Origin: Laetmonice hystrix
Taxonomy: Eukaryota
NCBI GenBank assembly: GCA_965235115.1
Contig: OZ249452.1
Coordinates: 11,160,001 to 11,224,000, forward strand
Length of the DNA stretch: 64,000 bases
Direction: 5' to 3'
Both the position numbers and the translations under genes were made by a program. This document shows positions 52,504-62,814 of the stretch, in pieces. The notes below the pieces were generated by a model. The model ran no database searches and was not told the DNA's origin. It worked only from the letters and a program-made list of their open reading frames with translations. Position 1 is the stretch's first letter; every line of letters begins with the position of its first letter.

Positions 52504-52578
52504 AGGGAATTGCCACAATATTGTTCGCATCCCAGAATGACAACTCGCCCATAGTTGGAAGAATTGGCCGTGCCTTTC
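52504..52578 (-). CDS. Possible further upstream exon (ERHGQFFQLWASCHSGMRTILWQFP), phase 0 to 0
   Basis: Acceptor ataattctgccaacag|, donor |gtatgg. It is phase-compatible, but the opposite strand also has a good acceptor here. Confidence 0.3.
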
Positions 52579-52906
52579 CTGTTGGCAGAATTATCGATGA
52601 GATTCTACGTATACTCTTGTAATCACTATAATCTACTACTTGCACACTATAATATTGTAATTCACCAATTTCCTATCGACCACAGAATCACTCCAAACAT
52701 ATGTCATTCGGAAGTTTCTCGGTGAAAACCCTTGAAGGTTATCGCGGCGGATTGGGGGGATTGGGGGGGCGGGGGCAAGGAACATTTTTGTCTGAAAATG
52801 GTAGTCACAACCAGGAGAGGAAAATGTGGCCCGCTGCTCCCGAATCCGGGGTTGTCTGCGTTAACCACAGCGAGAAATGTTTACAGATGTTTACGGACGC
52901 ATGCTA

Positions 52907-53151
52907 AGGCCATGTTTCCGTTAGCCGTTTCCGTTATCCCTTTCCGTTATCCCTTTCCGTTATCCCTTTCCGTTATCCCTTTCCGATTCAATCGTTTATG
53001 CCTTTTTCCTATTGGCGCGTTCCATGCATGTGCGCAGTCGGACTACGAAACGTACACATGGAAACGCTGCCATAGAAAATAGTCATAAGGAATCGAATCG
53101 GAAACGGATACGGAAAAGGGCAACGGAAACGTTCATAATGGAAACCCGACT
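52907..53151. mobile_element. Harbinger-type MITE with subterminal 14-bp repeats
   Basis: taa-ggccatgtttccgtt ... atggaaacccgact-tta. There are four copies of tttccgttatccct at the left, mirrored by ggaaacgg motifs at the right. Confidence 0.6.
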
Positions 53152-54017
53152 TTACTTGTGCGTTTGGTTAACGCGTTCGTTTGGCTGAGGTGTGTGGGTG
53201 TGGGTTGAGTGGGTGGGTGTGGGTGGGGGTGGGTGTGTGGGTGTGAATGGAACATTATTTCGTCCCCATGTTCCTGTCGCCCTTCTATCTCTCCTCGCGT
53301 GTCGTGACTTCATGACTTCAAGGCGTCGGGTGATAAACATTTCTGAGCTCCGGGTTGTCTTACAGAACAAACTCAAGTTATTCAAAGAAGGCCTGCGGAC
53401 CCTGTGTGTCTTTACAGCGCACACTTCCTGTCAGCTCATCTCACACTCTGCTCACGTCAAGGACGTCAATGTGCCGAGCAGCTTGACAGGGTTTGGGGAG
53501 GAAACAGGTTGTGCAAATCAGGATTGGTCCAGCCCCTCACAACACCTGCACTCTCCGTTTAGGCCCAAAAAAATTCCCGGTTTCTGGTCTAAAGAACATT
53601 TCAAAATTGGTGCGGTGGCGCTTTTTTCGTTTGTTTGTTTTTTAACAGATTTTCTTTGGTAACAGCTGGCTAAAATATTAAGCCTCATACGAATTATCAT
53701 AAATGAACTCACAAACAAGGACCATGACCTTTGCTGTCATCGCTTTGAATACAACACACTTCCGTTGCAGTCTTAATGAAATATCCATTACACCAATGGT
53801 TAGTTTCAAGCCTTACCACTAGGTGGCAGCACAATTCACCGTCATCCAAGGTAAGGGCAAGAAAAAAAGCAATGATGCGCGGCATCTGAAGTGACGCGCG
53901 CGTACCAGAAACCGGGATTTTTTTTTATTATTTAAAGCCTTTCGCACGCTCAAAAATATCATTGCCAGTCGTGGAAGATCTCGACCCAGCAGCACCTCGT
54001 TATCCAGCTATAAAACC

Positions 54018-54150
54018 ATTGATTTAATGGTGCAATTTCACTCTGTATTTTGTTTTCTGGTTGGCTTTCCCTGTTTCTGGAAATTGGTTCCATCGTTTAA
54101 TCTCAAAATCACAGTAAAATAAAAGGGCGATGTCGCAAGGATAATTGCCT
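54018..54150. mobile_element. Harbinger-like MITE family A, copy 3 (partial)
   Basis: Shares gatttaatggtgcaatttcactctgtattt ... ctcaaaatcacagtaaaataaaagggcgatgtc. Confidence 0.6.
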
Positions 54151-55489
54151 TCAGGCCGTCCTGTCCACCGTCTTCCCAATCACCTGCAGTGACGCCATTT
54201 TAGTGTTCGTATACTTTTTCTTGAAGCGGAAGTTGCGTCACTACTCTATGGATTTGATTCAGTGGTCCTAATCGCAGGAATGGTCGAAACCAGTGTGTTA
54301 ACTGGTTTGTAAACACGCGAGCGTGATGACGTAGCGGGTGATAACGAATATAAAAAGAAGTTGGCCAAAAAAAGTGGAACCCACGTGTTACTCCTCAATA
54401 TTTCTAGCTAGAATACCCCAGACAGTGCTGTAATCTGATTGGTTCGTGTGGTACCGCACGAAGAATTATTAGGTCGAAAGCAGATGGCGCTGCGATCATT
54501 TCTCCAGTGAAAAAAAACTGGCTGTCGTGAGGGGGGAGGGGAAAATCGTACGAAGCGGTTCAACCCCGAGCGCGGGAGCATGGCGCAGAAGTGAATGTCT
54601 CAAAATGTATCATAATAACCCATTTTCTTGCATCTACCAATAACAATGCCAATAATAATGGCAACAAATCAAAAATGGGAGAATAAACGTAATTGAGAAT
54701 GACACGAGTGATCTGCGTCAACTCCAATAGCCAATGTGAAGTGATTGTATACAGGACGGACAGTAGATCTACACTACCAAAAGGACAAGAAGAAACTTAT
54801 TGCAGTGCTGATGAAATTTGAATAGCGCTCCGCGTTAAAGACGTAAAGACACGCCCTACTTTTATAATCACCCTAAATACCCGATGATCGGGCAAACATA
54901 TGCTGTTAAGATGGGGGTCTACAAGTAATTTCCTGCATGTAGTGTTGGTAGAAACTGATCTTCCCGGTGCAAAACCTGATCCTGAAGGCCTTGGTAGGTA
55001 TTTCAACACACAGATTAAGCGCTAGCTGGCGCTGAACTGGGTGTGCTTGTCTGAGTATTTGAATTATGCACAAAAACGATGACGTCGTGTTTCTATAATT
55101 AGTATTGTCGCGGAGCGCTATTCCTGTGGAATCCGGCATTGCCAGGGGCAACAATGATTGGAAGTGATTGGAAGAGTAATTGGTGTGTCAGATGTATTTG
55201 TTCGTCTATATATACATTGACCGATTTTACAGTCATCAGATTAACTGGCCGTCAGGGCCGTCGTTAAGGTCATGATAGTGGTCCCCTGGATGTAACTCTT
55301 TAATATATTTGAAACATTCTGGTCTTGGTATATATTCATTACTGGTACATCCATGACAAATCATATTAATTTAGTTAGAACATTAATGAATTAGAGTACA
55401 ATATTACATATATCAGCGTGTTACCGTTGGCATAAAGGGGGAATGATAATTTCGCCCTCACCTTTTAATCGGGGGGCGCTGCCCCCTTG

Positions 55490-55826
55490 CCCCCCGCTTC
55501 CTTAGCACCAACCTGTGGTATTCTCCGAGTTCACTCCCCCTCACGACGACCGTGTCCCCACCTCCTTCGCTCTCTCGTCTGTCTCCTTCTCAGTAGCATG
55601 ATCAAGACTAGGTCTTCTTCGTCCATGAGGAGACAGGGGAGGTACAGGAAACAGGTTGGGCGTGTTTTGCGACACTCGGGTCAGTTCTATTCATTCTGGC
55701 GCCTGCTCAGGTCATGGGGGCATTCTCGCTCGCGATGTACGCATCCGGCCTGAATGATTGCTTGATATGTCGTATAGGTGACGCTCATGGATCTCGCGTC
55801 GCGAGATTTCAGCGTGAATACCACTT
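55490..55826 (-). mobile_element. PIF/Harbinger element 5' end with transposase N-terminal fragment
   Basis: ATG at 55626 gives MDEEDLVLIMLLRRRQTRERRRWGH, then after a frameshift GEYHRLVLR. The terminus is taa-AGTGGTATTCACGC, like Harbinger TIRs with a TWA TSD. Confidence 0.6.
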
Positions 55827-56746
55827 TAGGGCCAAAAATGTACAGTTTGGGCGGGGGTGGGGGGGGGGGCAGCTAGGCCCTGTTCCAAGAGCACTTTAGC
55901 TTGCGTTGTCCCTATCCCCACTCCTGAGTGGGAACCCTTCAAAATATCTCTCGAGGTTTCGTAGTCATCACCGGCTTCTTTTCCTTTTCTTCGCTGTTTT
56001 CGGCTTTAGTAATACGCAAACGTCAGCATATATGAACACAGTGTGTATTCGTATGTTTATCCATTGGGGTTAAGTATAATATAATGCGTCCGATGTTAAT
56101 TATTGCCCGCCGGTCAATCAACCCTCAGTACAGAGACGGTACTTTTGTTTCTCTAGACAATAGCACTCGGTGTTATCTCGTAACTCGTAATTCCGTTTCC
56201 GAGTAGAATGGGACAACAGCACCAAATGGTGGCACTCGAATGGCAGTGAAAGAACACAGGAGCTACAAATCCAACCAATGACTACCATCAGCACGACCAA
56301 CACTCGGACAGACTGGGTGCTGGCCGGGGATGTCACTGGTCACTGACCTGGGTTGACCATCAAACCACACGCCCCGGTTGACGGTCGTTAAGTAGCGTCA
56401 TGATGGTTCTGGCTTGGATCAGTCCTTGATGGGTAAGGCAAAGTGTCATGCCTGCGCTGGCCCAGGAAGCTTCAGAACCCAGGAAGTGGGGAAGCCCATA
56501 AAAAGAACCCCAAGCAAGGCAATATACCTGCACGTTCAGTTGCCTATTTAAAACATTACCAAGTTTAAGAACACGTGAAGCTGAGAAGACATAGGCCTAA
56601 ACAAAATCAGTCAGGGAGCCCCGTTTTTATTTCAGAATCCTAAACTAAATGACTTTGAGGTCCCACCTCTACATAAGACAAAACTGTGATGAACTCAACA
56701 TTTTTTATGAGCCCAGATCGGACGGGACGGAAGACAGGTGTAAAAG

Positions 56747-56935
56747 GAATTCAAGTCCCCCTGAAATTCAGGTCCGACGGACCTGCTATCCCTGCAGTAT
56801 AAGTCCGACAGACCTACATTCCTGGGACTTAAAGTCCGTGATGTTGTATCATTTAAATATGTCTTTCCTATCCCTAAACCTAACCTCCACCCTAACCCAC
56901 GTATATTTTGTTCATTATATTGTCTTACAAAGTTG
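56747..56935 (-). mobile_element. Dispersed repeat family B, inverted copy 3
   Basis: agtataagtccgacagacctacattcctgggacttaaagtccgtg ... ccctaaacctaacc matches the reverse complement of 39860-40032. Confidence 0.55.
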
Positions 56936-57336
56936 ATTACCTAGGACCTGCATAACCAAAAAACTATGACGGATTCTATCAAAGAGATTATCGTAAAATG
57001 GGCCCAAAAACATTGGTAAAAAAAGAAAGAAAGTACCTTGGAGTTTACAGGTTACGAAAAAGTGTAACAGTTCGATTGTGATCATGTGTCAAAAACTACT
57101 AACCTTTCGGGGGGGGGGGGGGTAGCCTCTCCTGACGATCTGCACGCGTTTTCCTTCTAGTGTGAATTCAGTACTTTTCATACAAAATCACAGGTGGAAG
57201 ATGAAAAGGATTTAGAACGAGTGACGCGGCAAATGCACATGTAGACGGGTCAGAATTGTGGTTTTATACTTGATCGTCCTCAACCATCGACGTCACCGCC
57301 AACATGTAGCACTGTCAGCCAGTGTACGCAGCAAGG

Positions 57337-57446
57337 ATCATCACTGACAAAATCATCTTGTGTCTTCCATCTGTTGTCATCTGCAGCTGCAATCATCATT
57401 GACAAAATCATCTTGTGTCTTCCATCTGTTGTCATCTGCAGCTGCA
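57337..57446. repeat. Tandem duplication, about 55 bp x 2
   Basis: atcatca(c/t)tgacaaaatcatcttgtgtcttccatctgttgtcatctgcagctgca occurs twice. Confidence 0.9.
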
Positions 57447-57480
57447 GGAGTAGGATCAGTGGTCCTGATTCAATATACGT

Positions 57481-57765
57481 AATCCCCTACTTACCTGTCC
57501 TATTCCCGACGCGGTCGAAAATTGTCTAAGTCCGAAAAGGCACTATACATTGGTCGGGGCTAACAACCGATAACGGAACAACCCTATTAAAACCAGGTCG
57601 TGTATCTGTCACATTTTGAACAGGACATGCTGCGCTGTTACGTCAGTATTTCAGAGGGTTCCATGGCTGTTCCATCCATTGCTCTCCGACCCATTCAGTA
57701 TTATAGGGATTTCTGGACTTCTCAAATTGTATGCGCTAGAGAATAGGACAGGTAAGTGGGGGATT
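57481..57765. mobile_element. MITE with a 25-bp TIR containing CAG/GTAAGT
   Basis: aatcccctacttacctgtcctattc ... gaataggacaggtaagtgggggatt (1 mismatch). Confidence 0.75.
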
Positions 57766-58077
57766 CAAGCATTATTCTGGAGATGTCGATATTCGGATAA
57801 AGTAGCTATTTCAACCGACATTCATTGGTTATCAACAAAACAACGCTTCGACAGCTCTCTAAACATCTACCACATTACGGAAGCTCACAGGGGACAATTA
57901 CCAGAGAACGGCCACGACCGATGACGCCGAGTAGGGCCCGAGAGTAGAGTCGGATGACTGGATTACGCTAATCCGGGGGTGTTGGAGAACTAATCGACGC
58001 TCCCTCAGGCGGAAAGCTGACACACTAATGGAATCTCGTTATAAATGCAATGAATCCCACTGGATCAGATCCATCAC

Positions 58078-58868
58078 CTGACAACATTAGGACACTGGTC
58101 TAATGCCACGGTACGTGGGCCAGTCTAGGGACCTGGGTCATCATCCTTAGATCTGGCAATACGGTACGTGGGCCAGTCTAGGGACCTGGGTCATCATCCG
58201 AGGGTCTGACAACATTAGGACACTGGTCTAATGTCACGGTACGTGGGCCAGTCTAGAGACCCGGGTCATCATCTGTGGGTCTGACAACATTAGGACACTG
58301 GTCTAATGTCACGGTACGTGGGCCAGTCTAGGGACCCGGGTCATCATCTGTGGGTCTGACAACACCAGGACACTGGTCTAATGTCACGGTACGTGGGCCA
58401 GTCTGGGGACCTGGGTCATCATCCGAGGGTCTCACAATATGGTACGTGGGCCAGTCTAGGGACCTGGGACATCATCTGTGGATCTGACAACACCGGCACT
58501 GGCCTCATGTCACGGTACGTGGGCCAGTCTAGGGACCTGGGACATCATCCTTGGATCTCACAATACGGTACGTGGGCCAGTCTAGGGACCCCGGTCACCA
58601 TCCGGGGGTCTGACAATACGATACGTGGGCCAGTCTAGGGACCTGGGTCATCATCATTCGATCTGACAATACGGTACGTGGGCCAGTCTAGGGACCCGGG
58701 TCATCATCATTCGATCTGACAATACGGTACATGGGCCAGTCTAGGGACCTGGGTCATCATCTGTGACCCGAGTCCCTATACTAACCCACGTACCGTATTG
58801 TCAGATCCACGATGACCCTAGATTGCCACACGTACCGTGACAGGAGGCCAGTTCTGATGTTGTCAGAC
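58078..58868. repeat. Two-length minisatellite (about 53 and about 75 bp units) followed by inverted units
   Basis: Core ggtacgtgggccagtctagggacctgggtcatcat; 58766-58868 is a reverse-complement copy. Confidence 0.9.
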
Positions 58869-59202
58869 ACAACACGTCAAATCGGATAGGTGGGAACGGG
58901 GCTAATCTTGCACTGCGACGAAAACGAGATGAAACGTTGATGCCGAAATATAAAATATCGACAAAATGATTTGGGTCTACCAGTTATCTGTGAGCTAGGA
59001 ATGGACACTGTGAAATGTCGAATTGAGAGAGAAATGGAACCAGGATAACCTGGAAATGATCCGGTAGCTAAAAGTTGCATTATGCAAGAATAACGGTTAC
59101 ATTATGACTTCATAACGTAAATATTAGGTGCGCAAGCCTATGATATTTTGCAAAAGATCAGGCCATATTTTTAGGCCAAATAATGCAGGGTATAGTGTCG
59201 TA

Positions 59203-59558
59203 TTAAAGTGCTACAGACATCAGATAGGCACCTTTACTGATCTAGATAGATCACTGTGAGTTGTATACGTGTCCGGGATAGGTTTTTCTGATAAATTCTC
59301 AGAAAGTAACATTTTGACAAATATTGACAATTTGAATCACAATGCCCGTGATGACGTAAGCACGGGCGGGCGGGTGGGACCTGGAGGGAAGGCGACTGGC
59401 AGACAGATGGCCGGGAGAATTGGTCATTTTGATCACGGATTACGGACAGTTCACGTTGTTGTACAACAACCGTTCTTTACAGATCAACGACAAATTACAA
59501 ATATTATCGGGATCTGGTACAAAATTCCATGTTAATTTTGATGTCTGTGCCACTTTAA
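59203..59558. mobile_element. Complete Kolobok-type non-autonomous DNA transposon (TTAA TSD, AG termini)
   Basis: Ends are ttaaagtgctacagacatca and tgatgtctgtgccactttaa (18/20 inverted match including TTAA at both ends). A second copy is at 4143-4412. Confidence 0.8.
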
Positions 59559-59714
59559 CTCATTGTTTCTTATTTATGTCGACGTAAATCGTTGGTGACC
59601 ATATGCAGCAAAAGCAATCCGCAGTTTGAATTTTGTATCGACAAAAATTCGTCTGGGGTGCCGTCTGGTATATGACATATCGATATTGAGACATGTATAA
59701 TGATTAATATAATT

Positions 59715-59720
59715 TTTATT
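59715..59720 (-). terminator. Candidate polyadenylation signal AATAAA for the GPCR
   Basis: tttatt on the + strand, about 490 nt past the stop codon. Confidence 0.3.
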
Positions 59721-60210
59721 ATTAAACATGGCTAAAACAGCATCGACACCCGGTACATATTGATCATCCTGCACATGGTAACGTGGTAGTTGGACACATG
59801 GAGCTCGAAGATCTTATCATAAACTAACTTAACAAAACCTCTACATAATTATCCGATCATTATAAGGCACCATAGCCAACTACTTCCAAATCTTGACACA
59901 CTCATATTTAGTTGACAATGTTTATAATACCATATCAAACAGTGAACATCTATGCCTAAATTGCTCCTATGTTCTAAATGTTTTAGGTAAGCCGTTTTGA
60001 TAGCGGACAGACTGGGTTTAACATGGCACGCAGGGTTTTTACCATGCACACACTCTACTAATAATAAAAACAAACTTAGGCTAGTTAGCGATGCTCTCCT
60101 AGAAGTACCAATCAGCAATAGTTTCTCAATCATCATCTCTCTCACTTTCGTCGGAAGAATTCCTATCAAAACTTCCTCCGGGCAGAGAGGTACGCCTCTG
60201 TATCAAATGC

Positions 60211-61308
60211 TCATACGTGATTGGTCGTTGCCAGGCGCGTCATCTCTGACGTAGATGCACCGTCCGACAGCCGACTGCGTCGGTTGCCGCCATTCCTCCC
60301 GCAACATATGATCTCACGGAAACTTTTTCTGAACTCTTGCGAGACGTAATTATAAATGAATGGGTTCGCACACGAGTTCCCATAAGCCATAGCGTACCAG
60401 AGGATCCGGAAGACCTCATAGTACGCCCCCTGTGGCTGCGTTCCGTACTGTGAGAGGAGTGAGTTTACATGGAGAGGTAGCCAAGATATACCGAACACAA
60501 GTACGACTGTAAAGATGACCTTACATACGTGAACGGTTCGTTCCCGGCTGTGAGAACTGTCTAACGTTGTCGGGTTGGAGCGCTGAAGGTGGCAAATTAT
60601 CAGGAGGTATAGCAGACATATCAAAACGAGCGGCAAGGCGTATGAGAACACGAAAAATGTGAGGAAGAGAGGTCCAATGGCTGAGTTTGTCATACCACAG
60701 TAGGAAAAGTTTCCAAAAGTCTTAACTTTGTGGATGATGATAACAGGGATGTTGACAGCCAACATGACAATCCAAATGGCCACACAGAGAATGGTGACGT
60801 TTTGTTTGGTGCGAAGCCCGGCTGTGGTAGTTGAACACACGATGGTCAGAAAACGTAGCAGGGAAATCGCCACGAGCGAATACACCGTGACGTAAGCTGT
60901 GACGTACAGGAAATACTGAACGACTTTACACATGACATCACCGAACACCCACTGGAATGACACGTACTTATGGGCTGTGAATGGCACGCATATAAGAAGG
61001 AACGATATATCGGCGGTGGCCAGGTTCAGCAGGAGGAAGTTTGTCACAGTACGCATGGCCTGCCGGGAAAGAATGACGTAAATCACGAGAGAGTTCCCAA
61101 TGGTTCCGACCAGGGTTATCAAACCAAATATGGTAGGTGCCACAAACACCCAGAGGTAGTAATAGTAAAGTTCCTCTGAGCTGGTGTATCCGCCATAATC
61201 TTGGTACTCGTGACGTGTCCAGTTCCCGTCCGTCTCATTATAAGTCTGACCGTGACTGCTCGCCAGAATGGTTGGCAGGGATACCGCTGTGACGTACTCT
61301 GACGTCAT
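60211..61308 (-). CDS. AstA-R: Rhodopsin-class neuropeptide GPCR, allatostatin-A/buccalin (galanin/kisspeptin-related) receptor family; single coding exon, 365 aa
   Basis: Uninterrupted ORF with 7 hydrophobic segments and class A motifs: TM1 GN, TM2 NLATAD..CVPFTA, TM3 CKVVQY, TM5 YALP, TM6 SWLP, TM7 NSCANPFIY. Also N-terminal sequons NET and NWT and a C-tail CC. TM1-TM3 closely follow my recollection of insect AstA receptors (CVPFTA.DY...W.FG..WCK.VQY). The track ORF starts at a TTG (61380); the first in-frame ATG is 61308 (agcATGa, A at -3). The symbol is family-level only; the paralog is not resolved. Confidence 0.9.
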   Translation of the reverse strand: MTSEYVTAVSLPTILASSHGQTYNETDGNWTRHEYQDYGGYTSSEELYYYYLWVFVAPTIFGLITLVGTIGNSLVIYVILSRQAMRTVTNFLLLNLATADISFLLICVPFTAHKYVSFQWVFGDVMCKVVQYFLYVTAYVTVYSLVAISLLRFLTIVCSTTTAGLRTKQNVTILCVAIWIVMLAVNIPVIIIHKVKTFGNFSYCGMTNSAIGPLFLTFFVFSYALPLVLICLLYLLIICHLQRSNPTTLDSSHSRERTVHVCKVIFTVVLVFGISWLPLHVNSLLSQYGTQPQGAYYEVFRILWYAMAYGNSCANPFIYNYVSQEFRKSFREIICCGRNGGNRRSRLSDGASTSEMTRLATTNHV

Positions 61309-61319
61309 GCTTGCGTCAT
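61305..61319 (-). promoter_or_regulatory. 4-codon uORF (ATG ACG CAA GCA TGA) whose stop overlaps the GPCR start codon
   Basis: The minus strand reads ttcatATGACGCAAGCATGAcgtcagag; the main ATG is bases 12-14 of the uORF. Confidence 0.6.
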
Positions 61320-61363
61320 ATGAACGTCCTGTACACCTTATTTCCGGTTCCTTACTCCAGTTC

Positions 61364-61385
61364 CTAATAATACAACACAAACCTC
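61364..61385 (-). other. Probable 3' splice acceptor ahead of the GPCR coding exon (exon starting about 61363)
   Basis: The minus strand reads tttgtgttgtattattag|gaactgg, a T-rich tract plus AG 55 nt upstream of the ATG. This implies untranslated exon(s) further upstream. Confidence 0.4.
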
Positions 61386-62525
61386 TACCAGAGCACAGAG
61401 CTACGTCTTACGGCATTGCGGTTCGTACCATACCTGACCATATAATCCATCGAGGCCTTCATTTTTCATTTCATTCCCATCTTGCTTTGCAGTTTGCGAA
61501 AACGAGGCATTTCATTTAATGTTGTTTGCCGCTCTGGATTATGGGAAAAGAGGGTTCATTCAATGCGTTTTAAAGCGCGCAATATGTGTTTGTGGAAATG
61601 CGCTGTCGGTAAATAGCCACTTCAATCACGACTGATCAATTTAGTGTAACTTTATCATATTGCCTTCCATAAGCCAACAAGGTGACTACAGTGGAAGCAA
61701 TCATCCTCTTAGCGAAGCCCGGCCACAAAAGGCTCCTCATATTTCTACTTTCATCCGGACGTATTCCCCATAACGGGGCCTCCGCTGGGCAAGCGTCAAT
61801 ATCCGACCCACATTAAGGAGTATAACCCCTAAGTGGAAGTTAGGAAATATGTTTTGGAGATGCAGGGAATGGTTAGAGGGAATGGTTGTCGTGGAACACC
61901 ATTGCGTGTCCGCATATCATGCACGGATTCATGAGCCAGTGCGTTTATGATAATGCGCCGTTCACGGGAAGACTTGACGCGTCGCGGTTAGCAGTTGAGA
62001 GAGATCACTTCAATCTTCATCGCCTTTCCGGTTTCTTCTCCTCGCGCGGAATTCACCTGAAAGCAGAACAGAAAGAAAGTGTTGTACACGTGTTATCAGG
62101 AAGGTAAGCAAACAAAAGTTCCATTACAATGCGGGTTTGCAACACTCCAATCCATCATGAGACGGTGTCATAAAGCAGGAAGCACGACCTCTTAAAGAGT
62201 CCGTTTGCCCGGTCCCGTAGCCTACATGTCATACAAAGCGGTAGGTGAGCCGTTAGGTCGAAGCACTAAAATGGTATTGAAAATAAAATGTAAGTGCATT
62301 CTTCATGTACAATTAAATAGAATAGGCCTAAAGGTTCTGTCAATTCATATATTTAATGTAGTAATCTTGTATCACATAAAATAATATGCACAAAATAATG
62401 AAGGGACATGAACATTATAAGTCATCAGGCAAGCAAAGGTTTAGGTGCGTTGGCTTAGGAAGTGTCAGTGATACAGGATAGCCTGGTCCCCTGTGCCTAC
62501 CAGACGCATCCGCAATGTTAAAAAG

Positions 62526-62814
62526 GCTGGCTCACCCCTGGCTTATTCTTATTCTTATTCTTAAGCGGACGCGTTTGCGGTCGATTGCCTTAAATCATTA
62601 GAGTGTTCAGACTAGTCTTAGGCGTTTGCGATGACCGCGTTCTTAACGCGAAGCATTGGGAAATTTCCAAACTTTTGCCACCGGATTCCGTGGGGAAGTG
62701 ACGTGGCATTAAAATTAGCATGGCTCTTCTACGCCTGATGTGAACATTCGGTCGCAAAACGCGTCCGCCATCGCAATTGCTTAAGAATAAGAATTAAGCC
62801 AGGTGTAAACCAGG
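62526..62814. mobile_element. Harbinger-type MITE upstream of the GPCR
   Basis: About 50-bp imperfect TIR: gctggctcacccctggcttattcttattcttaagc..ggacgcgttt vs aaacgcgtcc..gcttaagaataagaattaagccaggtgtaaaccagg. Confidence 0.65.

Noticed and set aside
55594-55660. Very strong-looking + strand acceptor (ctctctcgtctgtctccttctcag)
   Set aside because: The pyrimidine tract is the antisense of the Arg-rich Harbinger transposase N-terminus, and two of the three frames stop at once.
56118-56336. 72-aa minus-strand ORF with a signal-peptide-like hydrophobic stretch
   Set aside because: It starts at a non-ATG codon and I found no splice context or recognisable family motif.
61309-61380. N-terminal extension MCCIIRNWSK... 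of the GPCR in the ORF track
   Set aside because: It starts at TTG and spans a likely splice acceptor; the first ATG is at 61308.
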